This document shows, one piece after another, positions 29,832-39,896 of a DNA stretch of 64,000 nt. The stretch covers positions 18,673 through 82,672 of the forward strand of contig JASKLF010000003.1 in assembly GCA_030153785.1 (NCBI GenBank), in the 5' to 3' direction. The notes beneath the pieces were generated by a model, which had not been told where the DNA came from, did no database searches, and saw only the letters and a program-made list of their open reading frames with translations. Numbering within the stretch: position 1 is the first letter of the stretch; every line of letters begins with the position of its first letter. Both the position numbers and the translations under genes were made by a program. The stretch is from a bacterium (lineage in GTDB: Bacteria; Synergistota; GBS-1).

Positions 29832-30165
29832 ACCTCACCCCTTTTTTAAGGTCTCTCACCATCTCTTCAAGGAGCTCGACGCGCGTTTCAAACGACTTTA
29901 ACTTTCTCCTCAGTTCTTCAAGTTCACTTTTTCGGGCTAGGTCTATTATATCCAAAAACTTTATTATTTCTTGCCTTATCTTTTCATACATCTCTTCCTT
30001 CCTCAATTCCATTCTTCTCACAAATTCCTCAATCAGCTTTTTACCCTCTTCTTCTCTTAGCTCACCCTTAGTTACTAAGTCCTTAATCAGTACTTCAAAC
30101 TGTTCTCTTGTGAAAGCTAATATACCCAACCCGCTTAATAAAAGCTTTCTGATCACTTCAAACAA
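29800..30165 (-). CDS. Phasin-like (PhaF/PhaI-type) granule-associated protein
   Basis: RKLLLSGLGILAFTRE..LVTKGELREEEGK..LARKSELEELRRKL coiled coil. Confidence 0.75.
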   Translation of the reverse strand: MFEVIRKLLLSGLGILAFTREQFEVLIKDLVTKGELREEEGKKLIEEFVRRMELRKEEMYEKIRQEIIKFLDIIDLARKSELEELRRKLKSFETRVELLEEMVRDLKKGVRCDESRDINQA

Positions 30166-30182
30166 TCAAGCTCACCTCCTTA

Positions 30183-31091
30183 CTAAGCACGCGTAGCCCT
30201 TAACGTCGCTGGTCTCCTCCTCTTCCTCAAATTCCACTCAACCAACAAAGCTCCAGCCACATATATGGAAGAATATGTCCCTACTATTATACCCAATAAT
30301 AAAGCTAAAGCAAAGTTAGATAAGACCTCTCCTCCAAAAAGATAAAGAGTTAAAACGGGTAAAAGAGTGGTCAAAGATGTATTTATGGTTCGTGACAAAG
30401 TCTGATTAATGCTCATATTAATCAGTGTTTTAAAATCAAACTTTCTAGAAGCCACTCTCAGGTTTTCCCTTACTCTATCCAAAACTACAATAGTATCGTT
30501 AAGAGAATACCCTACTATAGTAAGAATAGCAGCTATAAAGGGAAGATTTATTTCCTTCCACAAAAGCGAGTAAAACCCTAAAACTATGAGGCTGTCGTGA
30601 ATCAAAGCTAAAACAGAAACCACTGCAAAATCAAGCTTGAAGCGTAAAGTTATATAAATAAGTATTCCTCCTAAGGCTAATAGAAGAGCCCATGCAGCTT
30701 GCCTACGAAGTTCTTCTCCTATAGCAGGCCCAACGCTTTCTATTCTTAAAATGGTCATGTTCCCAAAAGCCTTCCTTAAGGCGTCAAAGATCTCTGTTTG
30801 CTCTTCTCTGGTTAAATTCTTAGTTCTTACAACAAAACTCCCATCTTCAGATTTTTGAATCACACTATTACCTAAACCAAATTCAGAAAGAACAGCCCTA
30901 ACATCGTGGACTCCTAAATCCTTCTGAAAGGCTAATTGAAACACCGTTCCACCTGCAAAATCTATTCCCAAGTTCAAACCCCTCGTAAGAAGTAAGATAA
31001 GGCTCAAAACAACCAATGATCCAGAAATGAAGAACGCAATCTTTCTCTTATCCATAAAGTTGATGTTAGGAACTTTCTTCAAAAAAAACAT
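30183..31091 (-). CDS. secF: Protein translocase subunit SecF
   Basis: GLNLGIDFAGG, VGPAIGEEL, GYSLNDTIVVLDRVRE, QTLSRTINTS. Confidence 0.97.
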   Translation of the reverse strand: MFFLKKVPNINFMDKRKIAFFISGSLVVLSLILLLTRGLNLGIDFAGGTVFQLAFQKDLGVHDVRAVLSEFGLGNSVIQKSEDGSFVVRTKNLTREEQTEIFDALRKAFGNMTILRIESVGPAIGEELRRQAAWALLLALGGILIYITLRFKLDFAVVSVLALIHDSLIVLGFYSLLWKEINLPFIAAILTIVGYSLNDTIVVLDRVRENLRVASRKFDFKTLINMSINQTLSRTINTSLTTLLPVLTLYLFGGEVLSNFALALLLGIIVGTYSSIYVAGALLVEWNLRKRRRPATLRATRA

Positions 31092-31094
31092 CTC

Positions 31095-32516
31095 CTATCC
31101 CTCCTTCGTCTTAGGAACGGCAAGCGTCCTTAAAATTCGCACTTTCATAGAAAGCAAAACATCGAGTATGGTTCGAGTAACCGTGATTGCCGTAAACATG
31201 CTTACTATTACGCCGAGACTTAACGTAACAGCAAAACCCTTTATAGGCCCACTACCAAGGTAAAACAAAACAACGGCAGCTATAAGGGTTGTGACATTAG
31301 CATCGAAAATCGTCCTGAAGGCTTTCCTAAAACCAGCATCTATAGCAGCTCTTAATGTCTTCCCTTCTCTCAACTCCTCCTTTATCCTCTCGAAGATTAG
31401 TATGTTACCATCAACAGCCATGCCTACGTTTAACACGATACCAGCTATCCCAGGAAGCGTTAATGTAGCTCCAAGCCCAGCAAGGGCTGCAAATACAAGA
31501 AGAACGTTTACAAAAAGAGCTAAATCCGCAATCAAACCAAGCAAACCATAATAGAGAAGCATGAAAACAAAAACCAAAGCAGCACCAAATAAACCAGCTT
31601 TTATTCCTCTTCTTATAGAGTCTTGTCCTAAGGCAGGGCCTATAGACCTGTTTTCAACTATCTCAACTTTAACAGGCAGAGCACCTGCTCTCAAAAGTAT
31701 TGCAAGTCTCTGCGCCTCATCAAGGGTAAATCTACCTGTTATTTGAGCCTTTCCACCGGGAATAGCTTCCTGAACAACAGGAGCAGAAATAACATTTCCA
31801 TCAAGAACTATGGCGAGCTGATGCCCTATATTTTTTCTGGTCGCCTCTTCAAAAATTTTAGCTCCTTCGCTGTTAAACTCCAGACTGACAGCAGGAGCCC
31901 CAAATCTATCAAAACTGGTTCTTGCATCAAGGAGATAACCACCGGTAAGCCATGTTTTCCCAAGAAGATAAACCCTACCGGTATCTCTTTCAAAATTCAC
32001 GGTAAGTCCCTCTTTTTTAGCTCTCTCCTCAAACTCCTTTAAAGTTTCATTATATGTTTTTAATGCCTCTTCGTATCTCGCTAAAGCGGCCCTGTACTCT
32101 TCCTCTGTAGCATAATTATTCCTCTCGGGTTTCACAGGTTTCTGAGGTCCTACATCTACGACCTCTCTAAACTCGAGCAAAGCGGTTTTACCAAGAAGCC
32201 CCATTGCTGCCTGAGGGTCTTTAACTCCGGGTAGCTGAACCAATATCCTGTCATAACCAGCCCTTTGAATAAGAGGCTCAGCAACACCGAATTGATCAAC
32301 CCTATTTCTTAATATCTCTAAAACCCTTGAAACCGAATCCTCCGTAACGGGCGCATTGGGTGTCGAAACGCACTGCAAAATGATATGAGAGCCGCCTTTA
32401 AGGTCCAGTCCAAGGTTTATTTTGCCCTGGATTGGAAAAACATAAACAAAAGCTGCTACAATTATACTGGCTATTAAAGCCAGCTTTATGAGGTCTCCCC
32501 GCTTCAACTTAAACAC
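31095..32516 (-). CDS. secD: Protein translocase subunit SecD
   Basis: LGLDLKGG, RVDQFGVAEP, LRAGALP, TLPGIAG, GMAVDGNILIFERIKEE, DANVTT. Confidence 0.97.
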   Translation of the reverse strand: MFKLKRGDLIKLALIASIIVAAFVYVFPIQGKINLGLDLKGGSHIILQCVSTPNAPVTEDSVSRVLEILRNRVDQFGVAEPLIQRAGYDRILVQLPGVKDPQAAMGLLGKTALLEFREVVDVGPQKPVKPERNNYATEEEYRAALARYEEALKTYNETLKEFEERAKKEGLTVNFERDTGRVYLLGKTWLTGGYLLDARTSFDRFGAPAVSLEFNSEGAKIFEEATRKNIGHQLAIVLDGNVISAPVVQEAIPGGKAQITGRFTLDEAQRLAILLRAGALPVKVEIVENRSIGPALGQDSIRRGIKAGLFGAALVFVFMLLYYGLLGLIADLALFVNVLLVFAALAGLGATLTLPGIAGIVLNVGMAVDGNILIFERIKEELREGKTLRAAIDAGFRKAFRTIFDANVTTLIAAVVLFYLGSGPIKGFAVTLSLGVIVSMFTAITVTRTILDVLLSMKVRILRTLAVPKTKEG

Positions 32517-32520
32517 CTCC

Positions 32521-33189
32521 TCAAAGAAGCTTTACACTGTTTATTACAAGACCAAACTCGCAGCCCAATATATGGGCAGCTTTGCGAGATATTAACATCC
32601 GACTTAAAAATATCTCAAAATATTCCATAACCTGAGAAATCTCCGTATCTATCTCGATTTCAAGGGTAATCCTCTTATGATTTTTATCCACGTTAAGAAA
32701 AGACCTCCGCACAGCGTAATTAACCCTATCGTGGATATCAAAACTTATTATATCAGGATTTCTGACACGACTGTAATGGACATCTGACTTGTCAGCCAGT
32801 ATTAGCGCAGCGGTAATAGGATCCACGGGTATGCCCTTCTCTTCCTCATGATTACTTATAGCAACCACAACCTTTCCAATTTCAGCGGGATCCATGCTCA
32901 TCTCTTCAAGGAGTCTAAAGGCTATCAAGCCTCCAGCTGGGCCGTGCATTTCCCTTCCACATATATTGCCTACATCGTGGAGATACCCTGATATGGCAGC
33001 AAGCTCTGCTAATCTCTCCTCATACCCAAGCTTCAGTAATATATTTCTTGCAACCTTAGCAACGAAATTTGCGTGTCTGAAACCGTGCTCCGTATAGCCC
33101 AAAGCAGCCAAAAAATCATCTGCTGCCTGGATGTAAGCTCTGACCTTTGGGTTTTTCTCTAACTTAGAAACATCCACAACCTCCAACAT
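32521..33189 (-). CDS. HD-domain phosphohydrolase
   Basis: GYTEHGFRHA, GYLHDVGN, H..G, ILADKSDVH, DIHDRVNYAV; start placed at ATG 33189. Confidence 0.88.
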   Translation of the reverse strand: MLEVVDVSKLEKNPKVRAYIQAADDFLAALGYTEHGFRHANFVAKVARNILLKLGYEERLAELAAISGYLHDVGNICGREMHGPAGGLIAFRLLEEMSMDPAEIGKVVVAISNHEEEKGIPVDPITAALILADKSDVHYSRVRNPDIISFDIHDRVNYAVRRSFLNVDKNHKRITLEIEIDTEISQVMEYFEIFLSRMLISRKAAHILGCEFGLVINSVKLL

Positions 33190-33193
33190 AAAA

Positions 33194-34918
33194 TCACCCT
33201 CTTTGAACAATTTTCAAGCTCCTTAGTCTGTTTAAAGCACCAGCAATTTCATAAGAGCGAGGCATAGCGTAATCACCGGGACTACCGTTCTTAAAAGGAG
33301 AAATCACCTCAAGCCCATGCATATTTATATCCCTCATCACAAGGTCAATCACCTCTTTTAAGCTCCTCTTACCATCTATGTAACCCTTTTCGAGAGAGTA
33401 TAATATAATATCTCCGATAGCCCTCGTTTGCCCCTCATCAACAAGCTGCTCAAGAAATGAAAGGTCTATAAAAGATTTGCCAAACTCTATAATTCTTAAA
33501 CCTTTAGCCTTCACCCTCACCTTTCCACCCTTCTTTGGGTTTATACTCGATGGAAGTGGAACCCTACAGGTTATCTTTCCGAAAGAATCTCCTCCCTCAA
33601 TTTTACGCCCCGTTTTTATCTCAGAAGCTATTCTCTTGGCATCTACAGTAACATCCACCGGCTTATACTCATCCATCATTATTACATAATCCGCCACATC
33701 GAAGTAATCTCCACTTCCGCCTAAAACTATCACGCTCGAAACGCCATACTCCTTATACAGAGCTCTAACCTTATCTATGAAAGGAGTGATGGGCTCCTTA
33801 TTCTTCGATACCAGAGCCTGCATCCTAGCATCTCTTATCATGAAATTAGTTGCTGAAGTATCTTCATCGATAAGCAAAGCTCTTGCTCCCATTTCAAGAG
33901 CCTCCATTATATTGGCTGCTTGGGAGGTGCTACCACTGGCTTCCTCAGTAGAAAAGGTTTTTGTATCTTTGCCCATAGGTAGATTAGAAATGAATGGAGA
34001 GATATCAACCTTCTCCACGCTTCTGCCATCTTCAGCCCTTATCTTTACCATATCCTTAATAGAAACAACATATTCCCTTCCATCATTCGGGATATGAGGA
34101 TAAACACACTTTTCTAAAGCTCTAAGTAAAGTACTTTTACCGTGATATCCTCCACCTACTATCAAGCTAATACCCCTTTTTATACCCATGCCGCGAATTT
34201 TTCCTCGATTTGGGGTTTCAACCTCCACTTCAAGAGAAGGAGGAGAAATAAAGGGAATTGCTTTTTCCCTTGACATTGGCTTATCGCTTATACCACTTTC
34301 ACGTGGCAGTATAGAATTGTTAGCTATAAATGCTATAAGACCCAGCTCATCTAAGGAATCTCTTATTGCCTCCTGATCCTCAACAGTATCGACATGAAGT
34401 TTAAGCTCTCCGTAGTCATGAGAAGAAAATAAAAGGGTAGTTTGCACAATCGAAGGAAGGTCCTCAAAGAAAATTTCTATGGCCTCCTTCCCTAAAATCC
34501 TCCTACCTATAGCTGGAAGCCCTATAGCAAATCTGGCCTCAACAAACTCATTACATACTAACATAGAAGTCCTTTCTAAAACCTCTTGCCCCGGAGCATC
34601 CATATATATCAATCCACTTTTTCCGGAACCTCTTCTTTCGCTAACTGACTTAGAAGCTCTAAAAAACTTTCTTGTCAAGAAATCCTCAAGAGCTATCTTC
34701 CTAACTTTGGTTGAAAAAAGATGGTCTGGAAAAGAAGCTACTTTTTGGGGAACCCTTATCCTACATCGAGACGGAGGAGCGAAAGGGTCAGATTGAACAT
34801 GATCCACAAAAAGAGTAAAGTAAGGGAATCTATAGCTCCCCCTAATCCTCGAGTAAGCTTTATACCCTTTTCCATCTATTTCGCTTAAGACCCTATACAG
34901 CTCCTCCTTAGGCTTCAA
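33194..34918 (-). CDS. ABC-class ATPase domain protein (ABC_ATPase/MRB1590-like family)
   Basis: DHVQSDPFAPPS, GGGYHGKSTLL, IRAEDGR, ASGSTSQAANI, LLIDEDTSATNFMIRD, GGSGDYF. Confidence 0.9.
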   Translation of the reverse strand: MKPKEELYRVLSEIDGKGYKAYSRIRGSYRFPYFTLFVDHVQSDPFAPPSRCRIRVPQKVASFPDHLFSTKVRKIALEDFLTRKFFRASKSVSERRGSGKSGLIYMDAPGQEVLERTSMLVCNEFVEARFAIGLPAIGRRILGKEAIEIFFEDLPSIVQTTLLFSSHDYGELKLHVDTVEDQEAIRDSLDELGLIAFIANNSILPRESGISDKPMSREKAIPFISPPSLEVEVETPNRGKIRGMGIKRGISLIVGGGYHGKSTLLRALEKCVYPHIPNDGREYVVSIKDMVKIRAEDGRSVEKVDISPFISNLPMGKDTKTFSTEEASGSTSQAANIMEALEMGARALLIDEDTSATNFMIRDARMQALVSKNKEPITPFIDKVRALYKEYGVSSVIVLGGSGDYFDVADYVIMMDEYKPVDVTVDAKRIASEIKTGRKIEGGDSFGKITCRVPLPSSINPKKGGKVRVKAKGLRIIEFGKSFIDLSFLEQLVDEGQTRAIGDIILYSLEKGYIDGKRSLKEVIDLVMRDINMHGLEVISPFKNGSPGDYAMPRSYEIAGALNRLRSLKIVQRG

Positions 34919-34924
34919 GGTAGT

Positions 34925-35254
34925 CTATTCCTTTTCCTCTTTAGAATTATTTGCCTCTTCTCCTGCCTCTCTTTTCGCAGCTATTGCGCTTTTAGTTACA
35001 CGAACCTTAACAGGTTTATCATCTTCCAACCTATCGATTTCGATTATGAAACTATCATCTTTTATCTCACGCACGATACCATAAATACCACCCACAGTAA
35101 CAACCCTATCTCCCCTCCGCAGGCTTTCTATCATTTTCCCGTGCCTCTCTCTCTGCTTCCTCTGAGGCCAGATCAAAAGAAAATAAAATACCACAAATAT
35201 TAAGATTAGAGGAAGCAATCCTCCTAACAAACTAGGTTGCTGTTGCATCAGCAA
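34925..35254 (-). CDS. yajC: Preprotein translocase subunit YajC
   Basis: FYFLLIWPQRKQ..LRRGDRVVTVGGIYG. Confidence 0.95.
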   Translation of the reverse strand: MLMQQQPSLLGGLLPLILIFVVFYFLLIWPQRKQRERHGKMIESLRRGDRVVTVGGIYGIVREIKDDSFIIEIDRLEDDKPVKVRVTKSAIAAKREAGEEANNSKEEKE

Positions 35255-35284
35255 AACCTCCTTTTCTCAAAAATTTACGACTTT

Positions 35285-35295
35285 ATTCTAACACA
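35285..35295 (-). promoter_or_regulatory. Putative extended -10 promoter for yajC-secDF
   Basis: TGTGTTAGAAT about 30 nt upstream of the yajC start. Confidence 0.5.
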
Positions 35296-35300
35296 GCCAC

Positions 35301-35789
35301 TTATTGACAACAAGATGAGAGGGCTTCTTTTAAAGCATGGTAGGTCTCCTTGACCGCTTGCGGAACCACCTTTATATCAGCAATCACAGGCATAAAATTC
35401 GTATCTCCGTTCCACCTCGGTACTATATGAAGATGAATGTGGTCTTCCACACCAGCACCTGCTACCCTACCAAAATTAAAGCCAAGGTTAAAACCATCTG
35501 GTTTCATAACCCTTTTAAGCAAAGAAACCATGTTCTGGGCTAATATCATCAGCTCCAAGAGCTCTTCTTGAGACAAGCTCTCCAGCTCTCCCACATGTCT
35601 ATAGGGAGCTACCATCAAATGCCCTGGGTTATATGGATAATTATTCATTATTACAAAGCAGTTTTTCCCCCTACAGAGTATTAAATTATCCTCGTCTTTA
35701 TTCTGTTTAGGAAGATCACACAAAAAGCATCCTTCACCCTTAGGAGCACGTATGTATTCTATTCGCCATGGTGCAAAGATAAATTTCAT
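35301..35789 (-). CDS. HIT family nucleotide hydrolase/transferase
   Basis: FAPWR, CFLC, NNYPYNPGHLMVAP, AGAG..HIHLHIVPRWNGDTNFMPV. Confidence 0.93.
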   Translation of the reverse strand: MKFIFAPWRIEYIRAPKGEGCFLCDLPKQNKDEDNLILCRGKNCFVIMNNYPYNPGHLMVAPYRHVGELESLSQEELLELMILAQNMVSLLKRVMKPDGFNLGFNFGRVAGAGVEDHIHLHIVPRWNGDTNFMPVIADIKVVPQAVKETYHALKEALSSCCQ

Positions 35790-36988
35790 GAGCTACCTCT
35801 CCTTAAAAATTCATAAGCTATGTTAACCAAAAGTTCTACACCCCTCGGTAAGGCGTCGTCATCCACATTAAAATTAGGATTGTGATGAGGTTTATCTGTT
35901 CCCTTTTCCTTATTCCCCGTACCGAGCAAGAAGAAAGTTCCTGGGACTTTTTCTAAATAAAGCGAGAAATCCTCACCGCCCATATTTAAATCTGCTTCAA
36001 CAACGTTGTTTTCTCCATAAAGCTCTTTAGCTATATTAGAAGCAAACTCAGTAAACTTAGAATCGTTAATCAAGGCAGGAGTAGAATAGTAATCCACAAA
36101 CTTTACAGAACCTCTCATAGCTTTGGCTACATTAGTCGCTATCTCCTCTACTCTTGAAACAACCCTTTCCCTTGTCTGAGGAGAAAAGGTCCTTATAGTT
36201 CCAACCAACTTCACTTCCTCAGGGATTATATTAAAAGCGGTACCGCCTTCTATCTTACAGATAGAAACAACCGCTGGTTCTATTGGATCAACTTCCCTTG
36301 AAACAATGGTCTGAAGTGCAAGAATTATATTGGAAGCGATAACGATAGGATCGACGGCAAACTGAGGAGCAGCTCCATGGCCACCTTTACCTCTCACATA
36401 CAGCTCTATCATATCAACAGCTGCGAAAAAAGGCCCCTTCCTAAAACCAACCACTCCTGAGGGATAATAAGCCCAAACATGAAGTCCCGCGATAGCATCT
36501 ACACCATCCAAGCCCCCCGCCTTTATTATCTCCTTAGCTCCCGCTGCGTTTTCCTCCGCAGGCTGAAAAATGAGCCTCACGCTACCCGGAAGCTCCTCCT
36601 TAATCTGAGACAAAACCTTAGCAGTAGCTAAAAGAACCGCTGTATGAGCATCATGCCCACAAGCATGCATAACCCCCTCATTCTTGGAACGATAGGGAAG
36701 AGATTCATTCTCTTCCGCCATTCTCAAAGCATCTATATCTGCCCTTAAGGCTATCATTGGCTTTTCAGATTTCCCCCTTATAGTAGCGATGACACCAGCT
36801 TCCTTGCCACCGCATCCAACTCTTATATCGTCAACTCCGTATTCCTTCAGCTTGTTGGCTATAAACTTTGTAGTCTCATATTCCTCAAAAGAGGGCTCAG
36901 GATGGGCGTGAAAATGATGCCTCATCTCAACAAGCTCGTTCTTTACTTTTTCCACTAATTCTCTGATTCGATCCCGCATAAAGTACAC
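35786..36988 (-). CDS. M20D family amidohydrolase
   Basis: LRADIDAL, MHACGHDAH, FQPAEE, GGHGAAP, GGEDFS, HHNPNF. Confidence 0.93.
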   Translation of the reverse strand: MYFMRDRIRELVEKVKNELVEMRHHFHAHPEPSFEEYETTKFIANKLKEYGVDDIRVGCGGKEAGVIATIRGKSEKPMIALRADIDALRMAEENESLPYRSKNEGVMHACGHDAHTAVLLATAKVLSQIKEELPGSVRLIFQPAEENAAGAKEIIKAGGLDGVDAIAGLHVWAYYPSGVVGFRKGPFFAAVDMIELYVRGKGGHGAAPQFAVDPIVIASNIILALQTIVSREVDPIEPAVVSICKIEGGTAFNIIPEEVKLVGTIRTFSPQTRERVVSRVEEIATNVAKAMRGSVKFVDYYSTPALINDSKFTEFASNIAKELYGENNVVEADLNMGGEDFSLYLEKVPGTFFLLGTGNKEKGTDKPHHNPNFNVDDDALPRGVELLVNIAYEFLRRGSS

Positions 36989-37011
36989 CTCCTCCTCGCA
37001 TTTTAATAAAG

Positions 37012-37022
37012 ATTATAACACA
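37012..37022 (-). promoter_or_regulatory. Extended -10 promoter for the amidohydrolase-HIT genes
   Basis: TGTGTTATAAT upstream of the SD GGAGGTG. Confidence 0.62.
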
Positions 37023-37027
37023 CGAAA

Positions 37028-37654
37028 TTATTTTTTAAGTTTACTTTCAACTGCTCTCTTTATCTCTTCGTACAAAGCTTTCCCAGAACCGAGAAAACCA
37101 TTAGCTTTATCTATGGAAGTTTTTACAAATTCGTCATCCTTAATAGACAAACAATTTATGAGTACATTAAAATAGGCGGATTCCATTGCCGCATAGGCCG
37201 ATACCGCAGAGACAGCAACATCACTTATAGCGTTTTTGTTCCCCTTATCGAGAAGCTCCTTAGAGAGATTTAAAACCTTGAAAGAAAGCTCCATAACCGA
37301 GAGGGGAAGTAAAGTCGCCCTCTTTAAGGCATCTTCAAGTCCTTTCTCCCTCTCTTCGCTTCCCTTGGGAAGCTTAAGAGCATCCATAAAGGAATTGAAG
37401 GCCTCAGTATCTTCGTCAACCTTTTGAAGAAGAAGCTCTCTCAGTTCTTCAGACAAATTTAGAAGTTTCCTTACATCCTGCTCAAAATCTTCATATCCCT
37501 TCTTCCCCAAGGTTAGGTTAGAAACCATCGAAATTAACGACGCACCTAAAGCCCCCATTAATGCCGCAACACTTCCTCCGCCAGGAGCAGGAGAGGAAGA
37601 GGAAAGCTCCCTTAAAAAGGCCTCAATAGTAAGGTCCTTGAGCTTCATAGACAA
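37028..37654 (-). CDS. Formiminotetrahydrofolate cyclodeaminase/cyclohydrolase
   Basis: SSSPAPGGGSVAAL, DEDTEAFN, KGNKNAISD, NVLIN. Confidence 0.9.
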   Translation of the reverse strand: MSMKLKDLTIEAFLRELSSSSPAPGGGSVAALMGALGASLISMVSNLTLGKKGYEDFEQDVRKLLNLSEELRELLLQKVDEDTEAFNSFMDALKLPKGSEEREKGLEDALKRATLLPLSVMELSFKVLNLSKELLDKGNKNAISDVAVSAVSAYAAMESAYFNVLINCLSIKDDEFVKTSIDKANGFLGSGKALYEEIKRAVESKLKK

Positions 37655-38888
37655 TTTCCCCCCTCTTTATAACGGACTTAACATGGGTTCTACCTATCTC
37701 ATAGAAAAGAAATGCATAGTTTGGAACACCCATAATGGTAACATCCGCCTGTTTCCCTACCTCAATGCTACCAACTCTATCACCCATATCAAGGGCATAA
37801 GCAGAATTTAAGGTAGAAGCGGTAATAGCCTCTTCAGGAAACATGCCCATACCCAATACAGCTAATTGAAGAATCATTTCCATAGAACTACAATAGCAAC
37901 TTCCAGGGTTAAAATCGGTTCCCAAAGCTACTGGAACACCAGCTGATATAATCTTTCTCGCTGGAGCATAGGGTTTCCTTAAGGAAAAGGAGGTTCCGGG
38001 CAAAAGTACCGCAAAAACCCCTCTTTCAGCCATCAGCTCTATTCCCCTATCGCTCACCTTTATCAAATGCTCTGCACTCTTGGCTCCTAACTTCGCCGCA
38101 AGTTCCGCCCCACCGAGAGAAGCTATTTCATCGGCATGAATCCTTAGTTTAAAACCGAGCTCTTTTGCCTTAACCAAGATTTCTTCAGATTCCTCTAAAG
38201 AAAAGGCTCCCTCATCACAAAAAATATCACAGTACATTGCTAAATTTCTCTTCAATACCTCCGGCATTACCACATTCTCAAGAAGCTCTATATATTTTCT
38301 TCTATCGCTCTTGTATTCTTCAGGAATAACATGAGCACCAAGAAATGTAGGAACAATTTCTAAAGGACCTTGTTCATTAAGCTCCCTTAACACCTCAAGC
38401 TGTTTTATCTCATCCTCCAAGTTCAGACCATAACCACTCTTCGCCTCAGTAGTGGTTACACCCGAGGAAATTAGCTTAAGAGCGTGCGCCTTTGTGGCCT
38501 TTAAAAGCTCTTCCTTGGTTGCCTTCCTCACTTTCTTAACCGTGTTTAATATCCCTCCCCCTGCCTTCAATATTTCCACATATTCGGCTCCTCTCAACCT
38601 CATGAGAAACTCGTCTTCCCTTGTTCCAACGAAGGGAAGATGAGTGTGTGCATCTACAAAACCCGGTAAAACAATACACCCTGAAGCATCTATCTTTTTC
38701 TTAGCCTCCCTATACTTCCCCACCAACTCGCTACTTTGACCGACCTCTAATATCTTTCCTTTGTCAATAGCAACTGCTCCATTCTCGATAATGCCCAAAT
38801 CAAGCATCTCTTCACCTATCTTAGGTCCCCTTTTACTATCTTTCACAGTGATGAGCTGAGAAGCATTGTAAATTAAAAGGTCAATCAT
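37623..38888 (-). CDS. hutI: Imidazolonepropionase
   Basis: PGFVDAHTH, GGGILNTV, EAKSGYGL, LGAH, IHADE, TDFNPGS. Confidence 0.96.
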   Translation of the reverse strand: MIDLLIYNASQLITVKDSKRGPKIGEEMLDLGIIENGAVAIDKGKILEVGQSSELVGKYREAKKKIDASGCIVLPGFVDAHTHLPFVGTREDEFLMRLRGAEYVEILKAGGGILNTVKKVRKATKEELLKATKAHALKLISSGVTTTEAKSGYGLNLEDEIKQLEVLRELNEQGPLEIVPTFLGAHVIPEEYKSDRRKYIELLENVVMPEVLKRNLAMYCDIFCDEGAFSLEESEEILVKAKELGFKLRIHADEIASLGGAELAAKLGAKSAEHLIKVSDRGIELMAERGVFAVLLPGTSFSLRKPYAPARKIISAGVPVALGTDFNPGSCYCSSMEMILQLAVLGMGMFPEEAITASTLNSAYALDMGDRVGSIEVGKQADVTIMGVPNYAFLFYEIGRTHVKSVIKRGEIVYEAQGPYY

Positions 38889-39811
38889 TTTTCTCCCTCC
38901 AACTCAAGCAAACGCATCTCAATAACCTGCTTTAGGGGATCGAAGCTGTGTAATTTAAGATAGTATGATATAGAATCAAAAAGGGCTTCAGCTGGCAATA
39001 GTCCCACTATCTCGCTTTCAACCACAGGCACTCCCCATCTCTCCGCCTCCATCTTTATAAGCTCGAAGACTCTATAAATTGAGTTCTTGGTATAATCCGT
39101 CAAGTTCATTGAAACCTGAACAATTCCCTTTTCCTTAAGTTCCACGCCTATTGCCTTAACGAAGCTTAAACCTCCACTTGAGGCTCTCACAAATTTAGCA
39201 ATTTTCTTAGCTATTTCGATGTCATTAGTTCCAAGATTAACGTTAAAGGCTATAAGGGGTTTTCTCGCCCCCACGACGGTGGCTCCTGCAGTTGGGTGAA
39301 GCTGAGGAGGCCCATAATCTGGGTGGCGTTCAGGCCTTTTTATCTCCTCCTTCAACCCCTCATATTCGCCCTTTCTTATAACCTCAAGCCTCCTTCTTTC
39401 TGGCCTTAAAGCAGCCTCCTCATAGAGATAGACTGGGATTTTTAACTCATCAGCTATCTTTTTCCCGAGCTTTCTCGCAAGCTCAACACACTCCTCGATG
39501 GTAATTCCTCTTAAAGGAACGAAAGGAATAACATCTGTCGCACCTATTCTCGGATGTTCACCCTTATGCTCCTCCATGTTAATAAGCTCCGCGGCAACCT
39601 TAACAGAGTCGAAAACAGCATTAAACATGGCCTCTGGTTCTCCAATGGCGGTTACAACCATTCTATTATGGTCCTTATCTGGAGAAACATCTAACAACCA
39701 AATGTTTTCTCTTCCTCTAAAACAATCGGCTATTTTTTCTATGACATCTTCTCTTCTTCCTTCACTGTAATTGGGAACACATTCGACAAGCCTTTTAGGT
39801 ATCACACTCAA
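38885..39811 (-). CDS. ftcD: Glutamate formimidoyltransferase
   Basis: LVECVPNYSEGR, DKDHNR, HKGEHPRIGATDVIPFVP, QVSMNL. Confidence 0.95.
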   Translation of the reverse strand: MSVIPKRLVECVPNYSEGRREDVIEKIADCFRGRENIWLLDVSPDKDHNRMVVTAIGEPEAMFNAVFDSVKVAAELINMEEHKGEHPRIGATDVIPFVPLRGITIEECVELARKLGKKIADELKIPVYLYEEAALRPERRRLEVIRKGEYEGLKEEIKRPERHPDYGPPQLHPTAGATVVGARKPLIAFNVNLGTNDIEIAKKIAKFVRASSGGLSFVKAIGVELKEKGIVQVSMNLTDYTKNSIYRVFELIKMEAERWGVPVVESEIVGLLPAEALFDSISYYLKLHSFDPLKQVIEMRLLELEGEK

Positions 39812-39829
39812 TCACCTCCCACAAAAATT

Positions 39830-39862
39830 AGGTGGGACCCCCCTTAAAGAAGAGTCCCACCT
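39830..39862 (-). terminator. Intergenic stem-loop between hutU and ftcD (terminator or mRNA stabiliser)
   Basis: AGGTGGGAC/GTCCCACCT stem extendable by G-U pairs, followed by AATTTTT on the minus strand. Confidence 0.6.
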
Positions 39863-39896
39863 TTTAAACTCGGGGAATCTTATCGCAAGGGGCAAC

